The notes beneath the pieces are model-generated. The model had not been told where the DNA came from. It saw nothing but the letters and a program-made list of their open reading frames with translations, and ran no database searches. Of a stretch of 64,000 nt of DNA, positions 23,945 to 35,973 are shown one piece after another. The DNA is taken from positions 238,018,001 to 238,082,000 of the forward strand of contig OZ024741.1 of assembly GCA_964016885.1 (NCBI GenBank). Direction: 5' to 3'. Every line of letters begins with the position of its first letter. Within the stretch, counting starts at the first letter, position 1. The DNA comes from Eledone cirrhosa. Its lineage: Eukaryota. The translations under genes were made by a program, and so were the position numbers.

Positions 23945-24092
23945 CTGGTTGTGAAGGTATCTCTTCATATGGTTTAGTCTTGCCAATACTCTTGTAACCT
24001 TCTCTGCTTTTTTGTGATGTTAAGGTGTCACTGTTGTAGTTAGACATGCTGAGACTGGTGCGACCTTCATGACTATGGATTGAATCACATCT
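23945..24092 (-). CDS. Protocadherin G2, second coding exon (RCDSIHSHEGRTSLSMSNYNSDTLTSQKSREGYKSIGKTKPYEEIPSQP)
   Basis: 148 nt, ccacag| acceptor, CAG|GTAACT donor; essentially invariant in G2-G5 while flanking introns differ. Confidence 0.9.
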
Positions 24093-24553
24093 CTGTGGAT
24101 TATAAACGGTTAAAGATTGAAACATGATTTTAACTAGAGTAACTGTTTACATTTATTAGCTAAATTGATCTTTCTATGAAACAAAAAAGGAGTCATTTTA
24201 TACAATGTCATTAAACATCCACAAAATCAGTAGATAACTGTACATATTGACCAAATTATATTGATATCGTAAACAATGCAGAAAAGAGCTTGATTTTCAA
24301 TACAAACTAGACATTGTTTTAAAAACTTTCCACTAAATAACAATATTACTGTGTTCAATTAAATATGATAAATTATGCCAAATATTTATGTCTCAAATAT
24401 ATTAGGATACATATAAAAGAATCTGTAGGATTTCAGTGATATCTTTACCAAAGATGTAGCTTGTAATTTTCAAATGAAAACTAATATTCATCTTCTTTAA
24501 ATAATCAATTGAATCACTCAAATTTAGTATAAGATATCAAATGTAATATTTAC

Positions 24554-26953
24554 CTGTGGAACTGGTGGGAGTCTTCTGGGTGTTGTTGAGAATTTCCACT
24601 CATCTGGTAGTTGTTCCATCTCTGGATAAAACTGACTTTTAGATTTTATTGTCTGAAGATTTCTGTTAAATATTTCTTCTGCATTTCTAGTTATTGCAAC
24701 AGGGTTGTTAGTCTGATACAGTAATTGTCTCATCTCAGTTGGAGACAGAAAGTTTGGATTATCTGCTGTTGTAGGTGAGTTATTGGTGTGATTAATACAT
24801 CTGAAAACACACAGTGTTATTGACACTACAATAGCCACAGATATTATTACAGCTGCTGCTACAATGATAATTACCCAAGTCATATTGAGGTTGTTACCAG
24901 TCTGTAAGTGGACAGCATTCAACATTGGAGATGTATCATTACTAACAAACAGTGTTAGTATGATAACAGTTGTTGCTGATTGAACTGGAGTACCACCATC
25001 TTTCACTATAAACTGTAGGTCATATGTTCCTGCATCATTTTGGTAAACTACCCGAGAGAAAGATAAGACACCAGTGTGGGAGTTGACTGTAAACAGGTTT
25101 TTATCATTAGATCTCAGTATTCCATATGTGAGGAAAGCATTGTTTCCAGTGTCTTTGTCAGAGGCTTTCAGAATTGTGATGTCTTTCTTACTGTGTGGAT
25201 GGTAGTGGACATCTAGATTGTAAGGGTCATTAATAGGAAAGGTAAAATAGGGAGCATTATCATTTTTATCTAGAATCTCAATAACAATATTGGCAGTGTC
25301 ATTCAGAGAAGGTGTTCCATTATCTTTGACTAAAACCTGGAATTTATAGATGTCTTTCATTTCCCGATCTATTGATTGTGATGTAGAAATAAATCCATAT
25401 TTTGTAAGTTGGAAAGGAATGTTATCATTGTTGTTATCATTGATGATAGAATATGTAAGTTGACCTCCATCTTCAAGATCAGGGTCTGTAGCATTGATGA
25501 AGCCAATAGGGAAGTCAACTTTCTGGTTTTCATAAGTGAGGAATTGGAATGTATCTTTGGTAAAATGTGGCTGTACATCATTGACATCAGTTACTTTGAC
25601 AGAGAAATATTTCTTAGTTTCTAGTTGAGGTGATCCCATGTCATGACATACAATAGATACTTTATAGTGGTCCTTTATTTCTCTATCAAGATGTCCCTTA
25701 ACAATCATTTTATATTCTTTAGAATCTATTTTGACAAGTTTAAATTTATCATGTTTTAAATCACAGCTAACCTCACCATTAGGTCCAACATCAGTGTCAG
25801 TGACCATAACATAAGCTATAAAACTACCAACTTTACTTGCTTCTAAAACTGCTGTGGAACTTTCTGTTAAAGGTGATACAAAATCTATGTCTATCATTGG
25901 AGCATTATTCTGGTTATTGATTATATGAATTTGAACTGCGGTTACTGAACTCAAAGGAGGTTTTCCTCCATCTCGTGCTTCAATAAATAGTTTATAAAAC
26001 TCAATCTTACTAAAGGGAAAATTATCATGTAAAAATATCTCTCCAGTTTTCTTATCTAATACAAAATATTTCTGGGCATTTCGAGATGTTTTATGGTTGA
26101 AATGATAAGAAATCTTTCCATTGTCTCCAGAATCTAGATCTGTGGCTTTTAAAGTTAGAATTGGTAAATGTTTTTGATGTGAATTATTTATAGATATGTT
26201 GTAGACTTTCTGTGAAAACACAGGTGTGTTATCATTAACATCTGTCAAAGCTATGAGTACTTTGAGGGTAGCTGTTTTGGGAGGGTTCCCTCCATCTTTA
26301 GCTTCAAGTGTCAACATATATGAGTCTTTTATTTCCCTGTCTAATTTCTCTTCTAAAGTTAATTCAGGTATGAAGACTCCATCATGTCGCCTTGTGACAG
26401 ACAGGGCAAATGGTTCTCTCTTACTTTTCTTAATCATATATGTAATTTGAGAATTTCTCATTGAAATATCTTGATCAATGGCATTTGGAAGAGAGATTTT
26501 ACTTCCTTTAAAATCTTTTTCAGAAAATTCAATTTCAAATTCATTGTCTGGAAATTCTGGTGGATGGTCATTGATGTCTTCTATAATTATTTTTATCTTC
26601 AATATCTTCAGAAATGTTTCTGCTTTCCTCACTGCTACTTTAACAATTCTGGAACATTCCTTGTTATATATACACAGTGACTCAGCATCCAGTGTCTGTG
26701 TAGTGTATAGTTTTCCTGTGTTGGTGACATTAAATAAGTGAGAACCACTTGACACTGTCCTTTGTAGTTGTGTAAATGTAATGTGAGTGTGTTGTTGATG
26801 TGTAAGAGAGTGTGTTAAGTTAGAATCAACAGCAATGTCTCCTATATAGGTGTGAGGACTGTCTTCTTCATTGACATGATATGTAATGTCTATAGACAGT
26901 ACAAGGTTTATCAGTAAATGTAGTAGACAGAGTAGACCAATATATGTTGTCAT
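24554..26953 (-). CDS. Pcdh: Protocadherin G2, large exon; predicted spliced protein 875 aa
   Basis: Six cadherin repeats, signal peptide, TM; donor CAG|GTAAAT at 24554/24553; acceptor at 26991. Confidence 0.95.
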
Positions 26954-27229
26954 GTCTGCAATTCTTCCTCACACTTTAGCAGTAGAAATTTCTACAAAAG
27001 ACAAAAGAAATATCTTAAGTTGAAAATGATTAAATCATCATGATTTTACATGGTTTAAGTGGGTTGTTATACTCTGATTTAATTGTTATTAGGAGGTACT
27101 GTTCTCTTGGAGGAGTCAAGGAAACTATTACTCTCATATATTCCCATCTTGGTTTAGCTTTTTATAGTTGGATGCTGTCCCTAACATCAACTCCCCTTCA
27201 GTGTGTACTGAGAAAATACTTGTAACATT

Positions 27230-29190
27230 TTGTTCACCAAAAGAAATATAGTTGATCTGGAAGACAATGTAATTAATGGTGACATGACAGATGAACAGAA
27301 AGGCAAGGTTACATGAGGACAATAGAAGCTGAACCTAGACACAAATAGATGAATGAAATTCTAAATACATCAGAACAATTAACATCATAGAAACAAATAA
27401 TCTGATAAAGTCAGCAAGCTTTGTTGTAGCAGAAAACATGGAGGTAGATATCAAGAAGAAGAAAAGTAGAATACAGGCTAGCATAGATATGTCCTAGAAG
27501 GACATTTCTGTCTTAGACAAAGAAGAGAAGAGGGTGTTTAAAAAGGAACAATACAGAGCACTAAAAAGAATGTATATCATTGAAAGAAATATACCTAAAA
27601 GCAGTAATGGAGGACCTCTAGTAACGTCTTATGGCAAAGAAAGCTAAGATAGAAAGATATAACCAAAGAATAATGCAATATCAGCAAAATAGATTTTTCA
27701 GAGTAGACCAAATGAGATTTTACCAAGAAATAAATGGAGTGTGTACAGATAAAGTGATGATACCAGATAGCAATGAAAGTCAAAAGGTTGAAGACACATT
27801 TGGAGTAAAGAGAAAGTACACAAGAAAAACGCTAAATAGTTACAAGAACTAAGGGATATGAAGGAAGTCAGAAAAAAGATGAGAATTGGAAGTCTCTGGG
27901 ACCAGTTGGACTTCAAGGCCACACTGGATCAAAAGATTTAGTGAATGCCATGTACACATAGCTGAACAACTCAACATATTGTTAAATGCTGGCCAAGTAA
28001 TACTAGAGTGGCTGTCAAAGAGGAGGACAGTTCTGTCCTTGAAAGACATCACAAAAGAAACAACTACACACTGATATCATGCTTACTACATATGTGGAAG
28101 TTATTTACTGGAATAATCACTGAGTCAATGAAGAAGCATCTTGAAGAAAATGGAATTTTACCAGACAAGCAGAAAAGGTGCAAGCATAAGTGCAGCGGTA
28201 CCAAGGACCAATTTTTGATATCAAAACAATATTTAGCGATTGCAAGAGGAAGAAAACCAACTTGGTCATGTCGTAAATTGATTACCTGAAAGCCTATGAT
28301 ATGATCCCACATTCTTGGATCATGGAATGTGTGAACCTAGAAACAGAAAACAAAACTGACAGCATGTTAAAGAAGCTTAGAGTGTGCTTGAATTCAAAGG
28401 TTGCCAACAGAAGGTTAACCATTTAAGGACAACTTCAAACTTTATGATAAGGATGAATCCCAGGTCAGTTCCTTCGTTGTTATGGTGTATATGTTTAGTG
28501 CTGACATCAGAATGGAGTTTGGATTGAAAAAGTGAGGTGTGTTAGGTTTGAACAGTAGCAAAATTAAACACATGGAGAGGTTGGTGTTGCCATTGGGGAG
28601 GTCATGAAGCAAATAGAAGAGGAAATTATACACACTTAGGGATACTGTAAATGGACAAAGTAATGGAGGAGGAAATGAAAGAAAAAGTTAAGGTGGAATA
28701 CTTGTGCAGACTTGTCCTCATCTTGAAATTGAATAGACAGAATAGATAGAAGCTATCAACCCAGAGGCAGTCTCACCCTTTAGATATGGAACAGCGATGG
28801 TACGTGGGCAGTAGAAACACTAAACAGCTTAGACTAAAAGACATTGACTTGGTATGGGGTATTTCATCCAAAGAGTGATACAAACAGATTGCATGTACCA
28901 AGAAAAAGATGAGGAAGAGATCTGATTGAGTTTGAGGACAGCATAAGAGCAGAAGAAATCAACATGGCAGGTTACCTAAAAATGCGACAGAACTGCTAGT
29001 GGTGGAAGAAAGAAGGTCAGGGTTGTACAAAATTGAAGATTGCAAATATAAAAAACAGTACAAGTATTTGAAGATGGATAAAACTGAAAATAATTGGCCA
29101 GAAAGAAGAATACATAGACAATTCCATAGATATGTTGAAGATAGGACAGACAGAAAAAAGGTGGTTATGAGTGACTAAAAGTAATGTAAA
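27230..29190 (+). mobile_element. Degenerate R4/Dong-like non-LTR retrotransposon in G2 intron 1
   Basis: Broken-frame motifs RYNQRIMQYQQNRFF, IDYLKAYDMIPHSWI, FHPKSDTNRL; repeated in G3-G5 introns. Confidence 0.7.
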
Positions 29191-29399
29191 ATCTTTGTTG
29201 GGATTTGATAGCTGACTAAATACTCCAGTGTATTTTCCATCTACATTGCATGATAAAGTGATAATAATGATAGTGATGGATAATGGGGTTGGGTAGGGTG
29301 GGCTATTTGATGCTTCCATCCTTCATTACTCAGTCAACATGATGTAAAGTGTATTATGGTGGTATTATAGAAGAGAGTGGTAACTAAATCCTAACCTTC

Positions 29400-30000
29400 C
29401 CTCTTAAAGCAAGATTTCAATAGTATGAGTTCCCGGTCAGAACCACCCTATGTCATCTTTGTCCTATGTCTTCCTTGGGATCTCTCTTCCACAGATTTCA
29501 CTAACTTCAAGCACTTGGCACTTCTTCATACAACTGTCATTCTCCATGTATGTACCATTGTAACTGCCTCTCTTGTACACTACATCTGATTACTCTCATA
29601 TTCAATTTTCTCTCGGCTACATGTGTTCTGTCATTCACACACACTAATATTACACACCCAGTAGAGTATATATGTTTCATTTCTTTCTAGCCATCACAAA
29701 TCTGCATTTAAGCACCATGTCCCACTACCATGAAGCATGGCAGTTCAAATAAAAGCCTTATACAATGTATAAAAATGAAAAGCACGTTATTGCCAGCAGA
29801 GGTAATAACTCCTGATTTTATTCCCCTCTGTAGTCACTTAGGCTAAGCTTTCAGTACACCCCACCCCACTGTTAATGAGGTTACCTAAACAGAAGCAGCT
29901 ATCAACTACTTCAAGAGAAGCTTCGGGATGTCTGAGGGAGCTCATTTCATAAAGAATGAGTAATGTTATTGTTGACTTCTGTACATCTATCACATACAGC
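29400..30000 (-). mobile_element. Old RTE LINE relic (also ~41390-41990, ~53230-53850, 63930 onward)
   Basis: Minus strand resembles EVVDSF.YLG and GR.RPRKTWD motifs of the young RTE at 30017. Confidence 0.5.
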
Positions 30001-30016
30001 AATATATTCAGCACAA

Positions 30017-31761
30017 CTAATCAGAGAGAGAATTAATCTAGATGAAATGCAGTTCGGTTTTGTGTCAGGCAAAAGTAACACAGACGCTCTTTTCATTGTA
30101 CGACAACTACAGGAGAAGTACCTAGCTAAAAGTAAACCCCTATACTTAGCTTTTGTTGACTTGGAGAAAGCCTTCGAAAGAGTTCCCCGTTCCATTATCT
30201 GGTGGGCTCTTAGAAAACTAGGTGTTGACGAATGGCTTGCGAGAGCTATACAAGCCATGTATAAAGAAACAGTCAGCAAGGTTAGAATTAACAACGAATA
30301 TAGTGAGGAGTTTAGTGTAAAAGTTGGTGTTCATCAGGGCTCTGTTCTTAGCCCCCTACTATTTATTATTGCCCTTCAGGCTATAACAGTGGAGTTCAAG
30401 ACCGGCTGCCCATGGGAACTCCTATACGCAGATGATCTAACGCTCATAGCTGAATCAATGGCCGAGCTAGAGAAGAAATTCCAAACATGGAAGCACGGCC
30501 TAGAATCAAAAGGCCTTAAAATTAACCTGGCTAAGACTAAAGTTATAGTTTGTAGGAAAGAAAATAAGGCGACGGTCCCTTCCGGGAAATGGCCATGCTC
30601 AGTGTGTAGGAAAGGCGTAGGTAGAAACTCCATTTTATGTCCCAAATGCAAAGTATGGGTGCATAAAAGATGTAGTGGGATCAAAGGTAAGCTAACTAAG
30701 AACATAGATTTTACATGTGGCCGGTGCTCTGGTGCAATAAGTAGCAGCAAGTGCCCACAAAATACTAGCTCTTTCAATTGCGCAGAGGGTTCTATAGAAA
30801 TAGTGGACAGCTTCCGTTACCTGGGTGACAAAATCAGCAGTGGGGGAGGGTGCTCTGAAAGTACAGTAGCTAGAGTCAGAACTGGATGGAAAAAGTTCAG
30901 AGAGCTTATACCACTATTAGCCACTAAAGGGTTCTCCCTAAAAATGAAAGGCAGGTTGTATGATGCCTGCATACGAACAGCAATGTTGCATGGCAGTGAG
31001 ACCTGGGCATTGTGTGCAGAGGATATACGCAGACTAGAGAGGAACGAAGCTTGCATGCTCCACTGGATGTGTAATAGTAATATACGTGAACGGCAAAGCA
31101 TAAGCGAACTAAGGAAAAAATTAGAAATAAGAGGGATCAGATGTTGTTTACTCGAGAGAAGGCTACGTTGGTATGGTCACGTGATGCGCATGAAAGACGA
31201 CAGCTGTATAACAAAGTGCAGGGCAATAAAGATAGACGGTAGCTACGGAGTAGGCAGACCCAGAAAAACCTGGGACGAGCTGATAAATTCCGACCTCACA
31301 CACTTACACCTCTCCAAGACAATGTCACTGGACCGAGACCTTTGGCGGTACTCAGTAATAAAGAAGACCCGCCTTACCTAAATACATAGTAAAACCTACT
31401 ACAGTCAGTAGGCATCTCTAACAAAATACACCCCCGTCCCACCCCATCCACACCGCCCCTTTCAATGTAAAGTTATGTTGGTGCCACAACATCCAGGCCG
31501 AAACAAATGAGATCGTGTAGGTGTCACGACAAAAAAACACACAGTCCACGCTGTAATGTGGCCGTGTAGGCAACACGGTAAAAACCTCCCAGTCCCACAC
31601 TGTAAATGTGGTTGGTGTTAGGAAGGGCATCCAGCTGTAGAAGACCCACCAAACAGTCCTATGCGAGCATGACAATCACTCTTGCCTCAAGTGGGAAAGC
31701 CCCCGTCCAAACCCATGCAAGCGTGGAACACGGACGTTAAACGTTGATGATGATGATGATG
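30017..31761 (+). mobile_element. Young 5'-truncated RTE-clade LINE; open RT C-terminal half with PHD-like finger
   Basis: QFGF, FVDLEKAFERV, GVHQGSVLSP, YADD, RLRWYGHV, GRPRKTW; (GAT)n tail; absent at paralogous empty sites ~41995 and ~53848. Confidence 0.95.
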
Positions 31762-33356
31762 AAGGTTCTCTATAACCCACCGGAGCTAATGTAGGCTGTG
31801 AATATTAGATGGTACAGATCGTTTGGGTTAACAATGGCCTCACTATCATCAGTACACAGCTTACCAACATGACTAAGACAATATCAAATGTAGTTGAACC
31901 AATATGAGGAAGGACGTTTCCTTCAACAACACCATCTCACATATGTTTGGATTATATTGGAACTAAACAGAGGTGTGTGGGTCAAAATAGTAAGTTCATC
32001 ATGATTCAGCACACTTCACAATAATAAGTACCATGGATGAAAGTTACACAGCATCTTGGCCTCCATGTATAGACCACATAAATGCCGCTGTTTTGTATCA
32101 CAGAGCAAGGTTTTTCCGAAATTCATCCAAATACTTGATTATTTAAAATCATATTTGAATATCATAGGCAGTGGATTTATTAGAAATATGGTAATGAAAG
32201 GGTTAAGGTGATGTAATTCATTCATCTAGGATACCAGGTGTTGTATTACATTCTTCAGTGTCAACCATGATGCTTTGGTCATAAACCTAGGTGTTGCCAC
32301 ATGCAATTCAGGAGAGTAAACTGATTAAATACCAGCCATTAATGGTCAAATTCCATTTCACACTAGCTACTGTTAAGACCTCCAATGTTCTTGGTTCCCA
32401 CACTACCGACTTCTTATGCTAAATTAGAATGAGGGGATCACCATCGAGGAAGGATCCTTTTTGTAGTGGAATGGCTGATTAAATGGATACCAGTGGCTGG
32501 TTTGTTATGCCAAGGCTTTTGACATCTTCTGATATGTAGCTATGATATACTGTTCAACCAACATTTTCTTTTCCGATTGAAAAATTAAATAAATTTCATA
32601 ATGTTTAAAAAAAATATGTAAATGTTATTTATTTCTAAATACACTTTATTAGACTCATGTGAATAATTTTTAATATATCATCTCTTCTGATGTGATAATG
32701 GTTACATGCCTATGGCTAGATGTGGTAGCTGGATGATACAGGAGGAAAACAAAATGTACTAAAGTGTATGTTAAAACATGGACATTTCCTTCTTGCTTAA
32801 ATGCTGGATGAAATATACTGAAATTGTATCGAACTGCATTTATTGTTGTCAGAGTTAACATACTTTAACAATACACGACAATATCATTAGTTTCTATCTC
32901 ACAATACATATAGTAAGATATATACACTACATTATATTTATGAACATTTTAATAATGCTAAATATTCTGTTAGATTTCATTAAAGCCAGAGAAAGATTAA
33001 GATATAATTACTGAATTATTATGACAATAGCTATAAACTATATTAACATGCATTACAAACATTCAGTCTTATTGGCTATCAAACAATATATTCTAATAGT
33101 TAAATATTACACCTAGTTTGAACTGTCACATCAATATTGTATATAAAATATATAGTAGCAATATATACAGTTTAATATTATAGTGTGTTTTATATGACTC
33201 TGACATTACAATATGTAGTCTATCTAGAGGTAATTGTACTACTACTACTACAGCAGTTGTTGTTGTTGTTAATGGTGGAAGTGATGGCAAGATCTCTCTA
33301 TTTCACATGAGCCCATTTCTTGTGGGTGTATATGTGTGTGTATAAATATATATATA

Positions 33357-33460
33357 TACAGGGTATCCCCCAAAATGGATACACACTTTGATTACCTGTA
33401 CAGGCATTATTTATTAGAATGCTGTTGAAGTAAGTTTACACTTTTTGGGGACACCTTGTA
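33357..33460. mobile_element. ~100-bp Tc1/mariner-type MITE
   Basis: TA CAGGGTATCCCCCAAAA...TTTTGGGGACACCTTG TA imperfect TIRs within a (TA)n tract; second copy 43501-43604. Confidence 0.75.
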
Positions 33461-33830
33461 TATATAAGCTCGACCTGATGATGATGATATATATATATAT
33501 CATTATTATCATTTAATGGCTGTTTTCTCATACATATATATATAGCACACATTTTTAATTTTGTGCTTAGCCTGTTTCACTATAAACATATCATCATTCT
33601 CATCACCTTTTAGTGATAAGGCTGATGTGTTTATAATGAAACACAGGCTAAAGACAATATAAATGTTATGATTATGAACAAGAGGGAGACAAAGGGAAAA
33701 AGAGAGAGATAGGTATATAGATAGACAGATAAATAGAGAGATAGATAGACAGACAGATAGATAGATAGAGAGAGAAATAGATAGACAAACAGATAGAGAG
33801 AGAGATAGAGATAGAGCAAGAGAGACTTAC

Positions 33831-34100
33831 CTTCATTGTTTAATCCTTATCCTTCACTGTAGTAGCATGTAATGGATGATGTGTATCCTGCTGTAGTGTT
33901 CCAGTATGATGGCTGCTACTGCTGTAGTTGTGTTATAGTGTAACTGCTGCTACTGTAGTGTCCCATAATAATTGCTTCACTGCTGTAATGTTTCAGTGTA
34001 ACTGCTGCTGCTGCTGCTATGGTGTTCCTGTGTAACTGCTGATATTGCTGTGTCAATGTGTAACTGCTGGTGTGACTGTAGCTATATGTAGTGGGAGGAG
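33831..34100 (-). other. Putative 5' leader exon of G2
   Basis: Consensus donor AAG|GTAAGT at 33831/33830; near-identical copies at 44383 and 55861. 5' end approximate. Confidence 0.75.
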
Positions 34101-34280
34101 GGATGTTAACTAGATGGTGTTGTGTGAGTTATATCCCTATATCTTCCACACACACAAAAGTGTGTATTATGAACAAAGAAAAAAGCTATCAGCCTCATTT
34201 TGAATATTGAAAGAAATATATAAAATCTTCCTTAACCAATAGGAAATTACTGCAATGTTGTCTGTGTAACAGAAACACAG
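34090..34280 (-). promoter_or_regulatory. Putative G2 promoter (CTCF-like ACTAGATGGTGTTG at 34109-34122, CCAAT at ~34236)
   Basis: Directly upstream of the leader exon; repeated upstream of the G3 and G4 leaders and partly at the pseudogene. Confidence 0.5.
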
Positions 34281-35058
34281 GAAATAATAGAATCCATGTC
34301 AAACAGAAATAGTTTGATAGTTTATGTTATAATACTAATTCAAGTTAAATTTAATGACAATAATCCAGAATTCTTTACTTTGCAGCTAATTATTTTAAAA
34401 TTATATAACTATTTTTTATTATATTTTAATATTAAAATTACTTATTATAATTAATTACATATTTTAAGATATAGCTGTTTATATTTCATGTATTATCTCT
34501 TTTTAACAGAAATGCCAAACTCCTAGCATTTGATATATAATGTAGCAAAGGAAAATGGGAAGAAATATGTTTGAATGAAGTAATTTTGAGGAAATGTATT
34601 TAGGAATAGAATTTACTCTAACTTGTAGTTAAATATTAACATTGCTCTCCTATTTCTAACTTTCTAAATGTTATAATGCAGTAAAGGAATTATATTATTT
34701 TTCTTGAAATTTTTCTATAGTCTTATATCTAAAGGAAACAATATTGTGTAAAACATCCATTAAATGATTCACAATCTAAATAGTTTCATGATCAAAATAG
34801 AAAAAAATTATAAATATATTTAAAAAAAATAGTATTAAAACAGAAATTAAAATAGTTAATAAAAAATAAACAAAACATTTTAAACTATAATAATATTATA
34901 ATGCACTATATTTATATTATTTAAGTGTCTGAGATGTAAATTAGGGGTCATAGTATATGACACTACAGGTAAGACATTTTGTGTAATTATGGGGAAGTGG
35001 TTATAGGTTTGATATTTTTATATATAAGAATCATTTAACAATAGTTATGGGACATCTA

Positions 35059-35138
35059 CTACGTTGGCTGTAGATAGGTATCTTGTACTTGTTGTCCCTT
35101 TTGTATTGTGGATGGAACTGGATTGTCATTGGTATATT
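35059..35138 (-). CDS. Protocadherin G3, last coding exon (EYTNDNPVPSTIQKGQQVQDTYLQPT*)
   Basis: Same splice sites and phase as in G2. Confidence 0.85.
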
Positions 35139-35295
35139 CTGGAAAATATAAAATATAGAAACAGAAATTATATTTCAATATAACAACTCTGTAAATATAT
35201 AAACATTGATGTTATATTACACTAAACATAACATTACATATTGCCTTACAGTAATAAAGGGAATTATATTTATATGTTGTTTAGATAAAAGTTAC

Positions 35296-35443
35296 CTGGT
35301 TGTGAAGGTATCTCTTCATATGGTTTAGTCTTGCCAATACTCTTGTAACCTTCTCTGCTTTTTTGTGATGTTAAGGTGTCACTGTTGTAGTTAGACATGC
35401 TGAGACTGGTGCGACCTTCATGACTATGGATTGAATCACATCT
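35296..35443 (-). CDS. Protocadherin G3, second coding exon
   Basis: 148 nt, caacag| ... CAG|GTAACT. Confidence 0.9.
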
Positions 35444-35973
35444 CTGTTGAATATAAAAGATATCAGAAACATGATTTTAACTAGAGTAACTGTTTTCATT
35501 TATTAGCTAAATTGATCTTTCTATGAAACAAGAAAAGAGTCATTTTATTCAATGTCATTAAACATTCACAGAATCAGTAGATAACTGTACACATTGAACA
35601 AATGATGTTAATATCATAAACATTGCAAAAAAAAAAAAAAATTGATTTTCAATACAAACTGGAGACTGTGTTGAAAAACTTCCACTAAATGACAATATTA
35701 CTGTGTTATGAAATATGATGTATTATGCCATTTATTCATGTCTCAAATATAATAGGCTACATATACACTCCTTGAAATGATTTTGTATGGTTTCAGTGAT
35801 ATTTTACCAAAGAAATATGAGAAATTCCATGTCAACCCTCAAAATATTGTTGTAATTTTAAAATGAAAACCAATACTCATCTTCTTTTTATGAGTGAATA
35901 ATAAAGCAACAATAAATTATGAATAAAAATTGGCAATCCAATATAATATCAAACAATTAAATGTAATATTTAC

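Noticed and set aside
29963-30016. N-terminus of the 472-aa ORF as a domesticated RT gene
   Set aside because: The first 18 codons are flanking intron sequence also present at the empty sites; the element is simply 5'-truncated and lacks the endonuclease.
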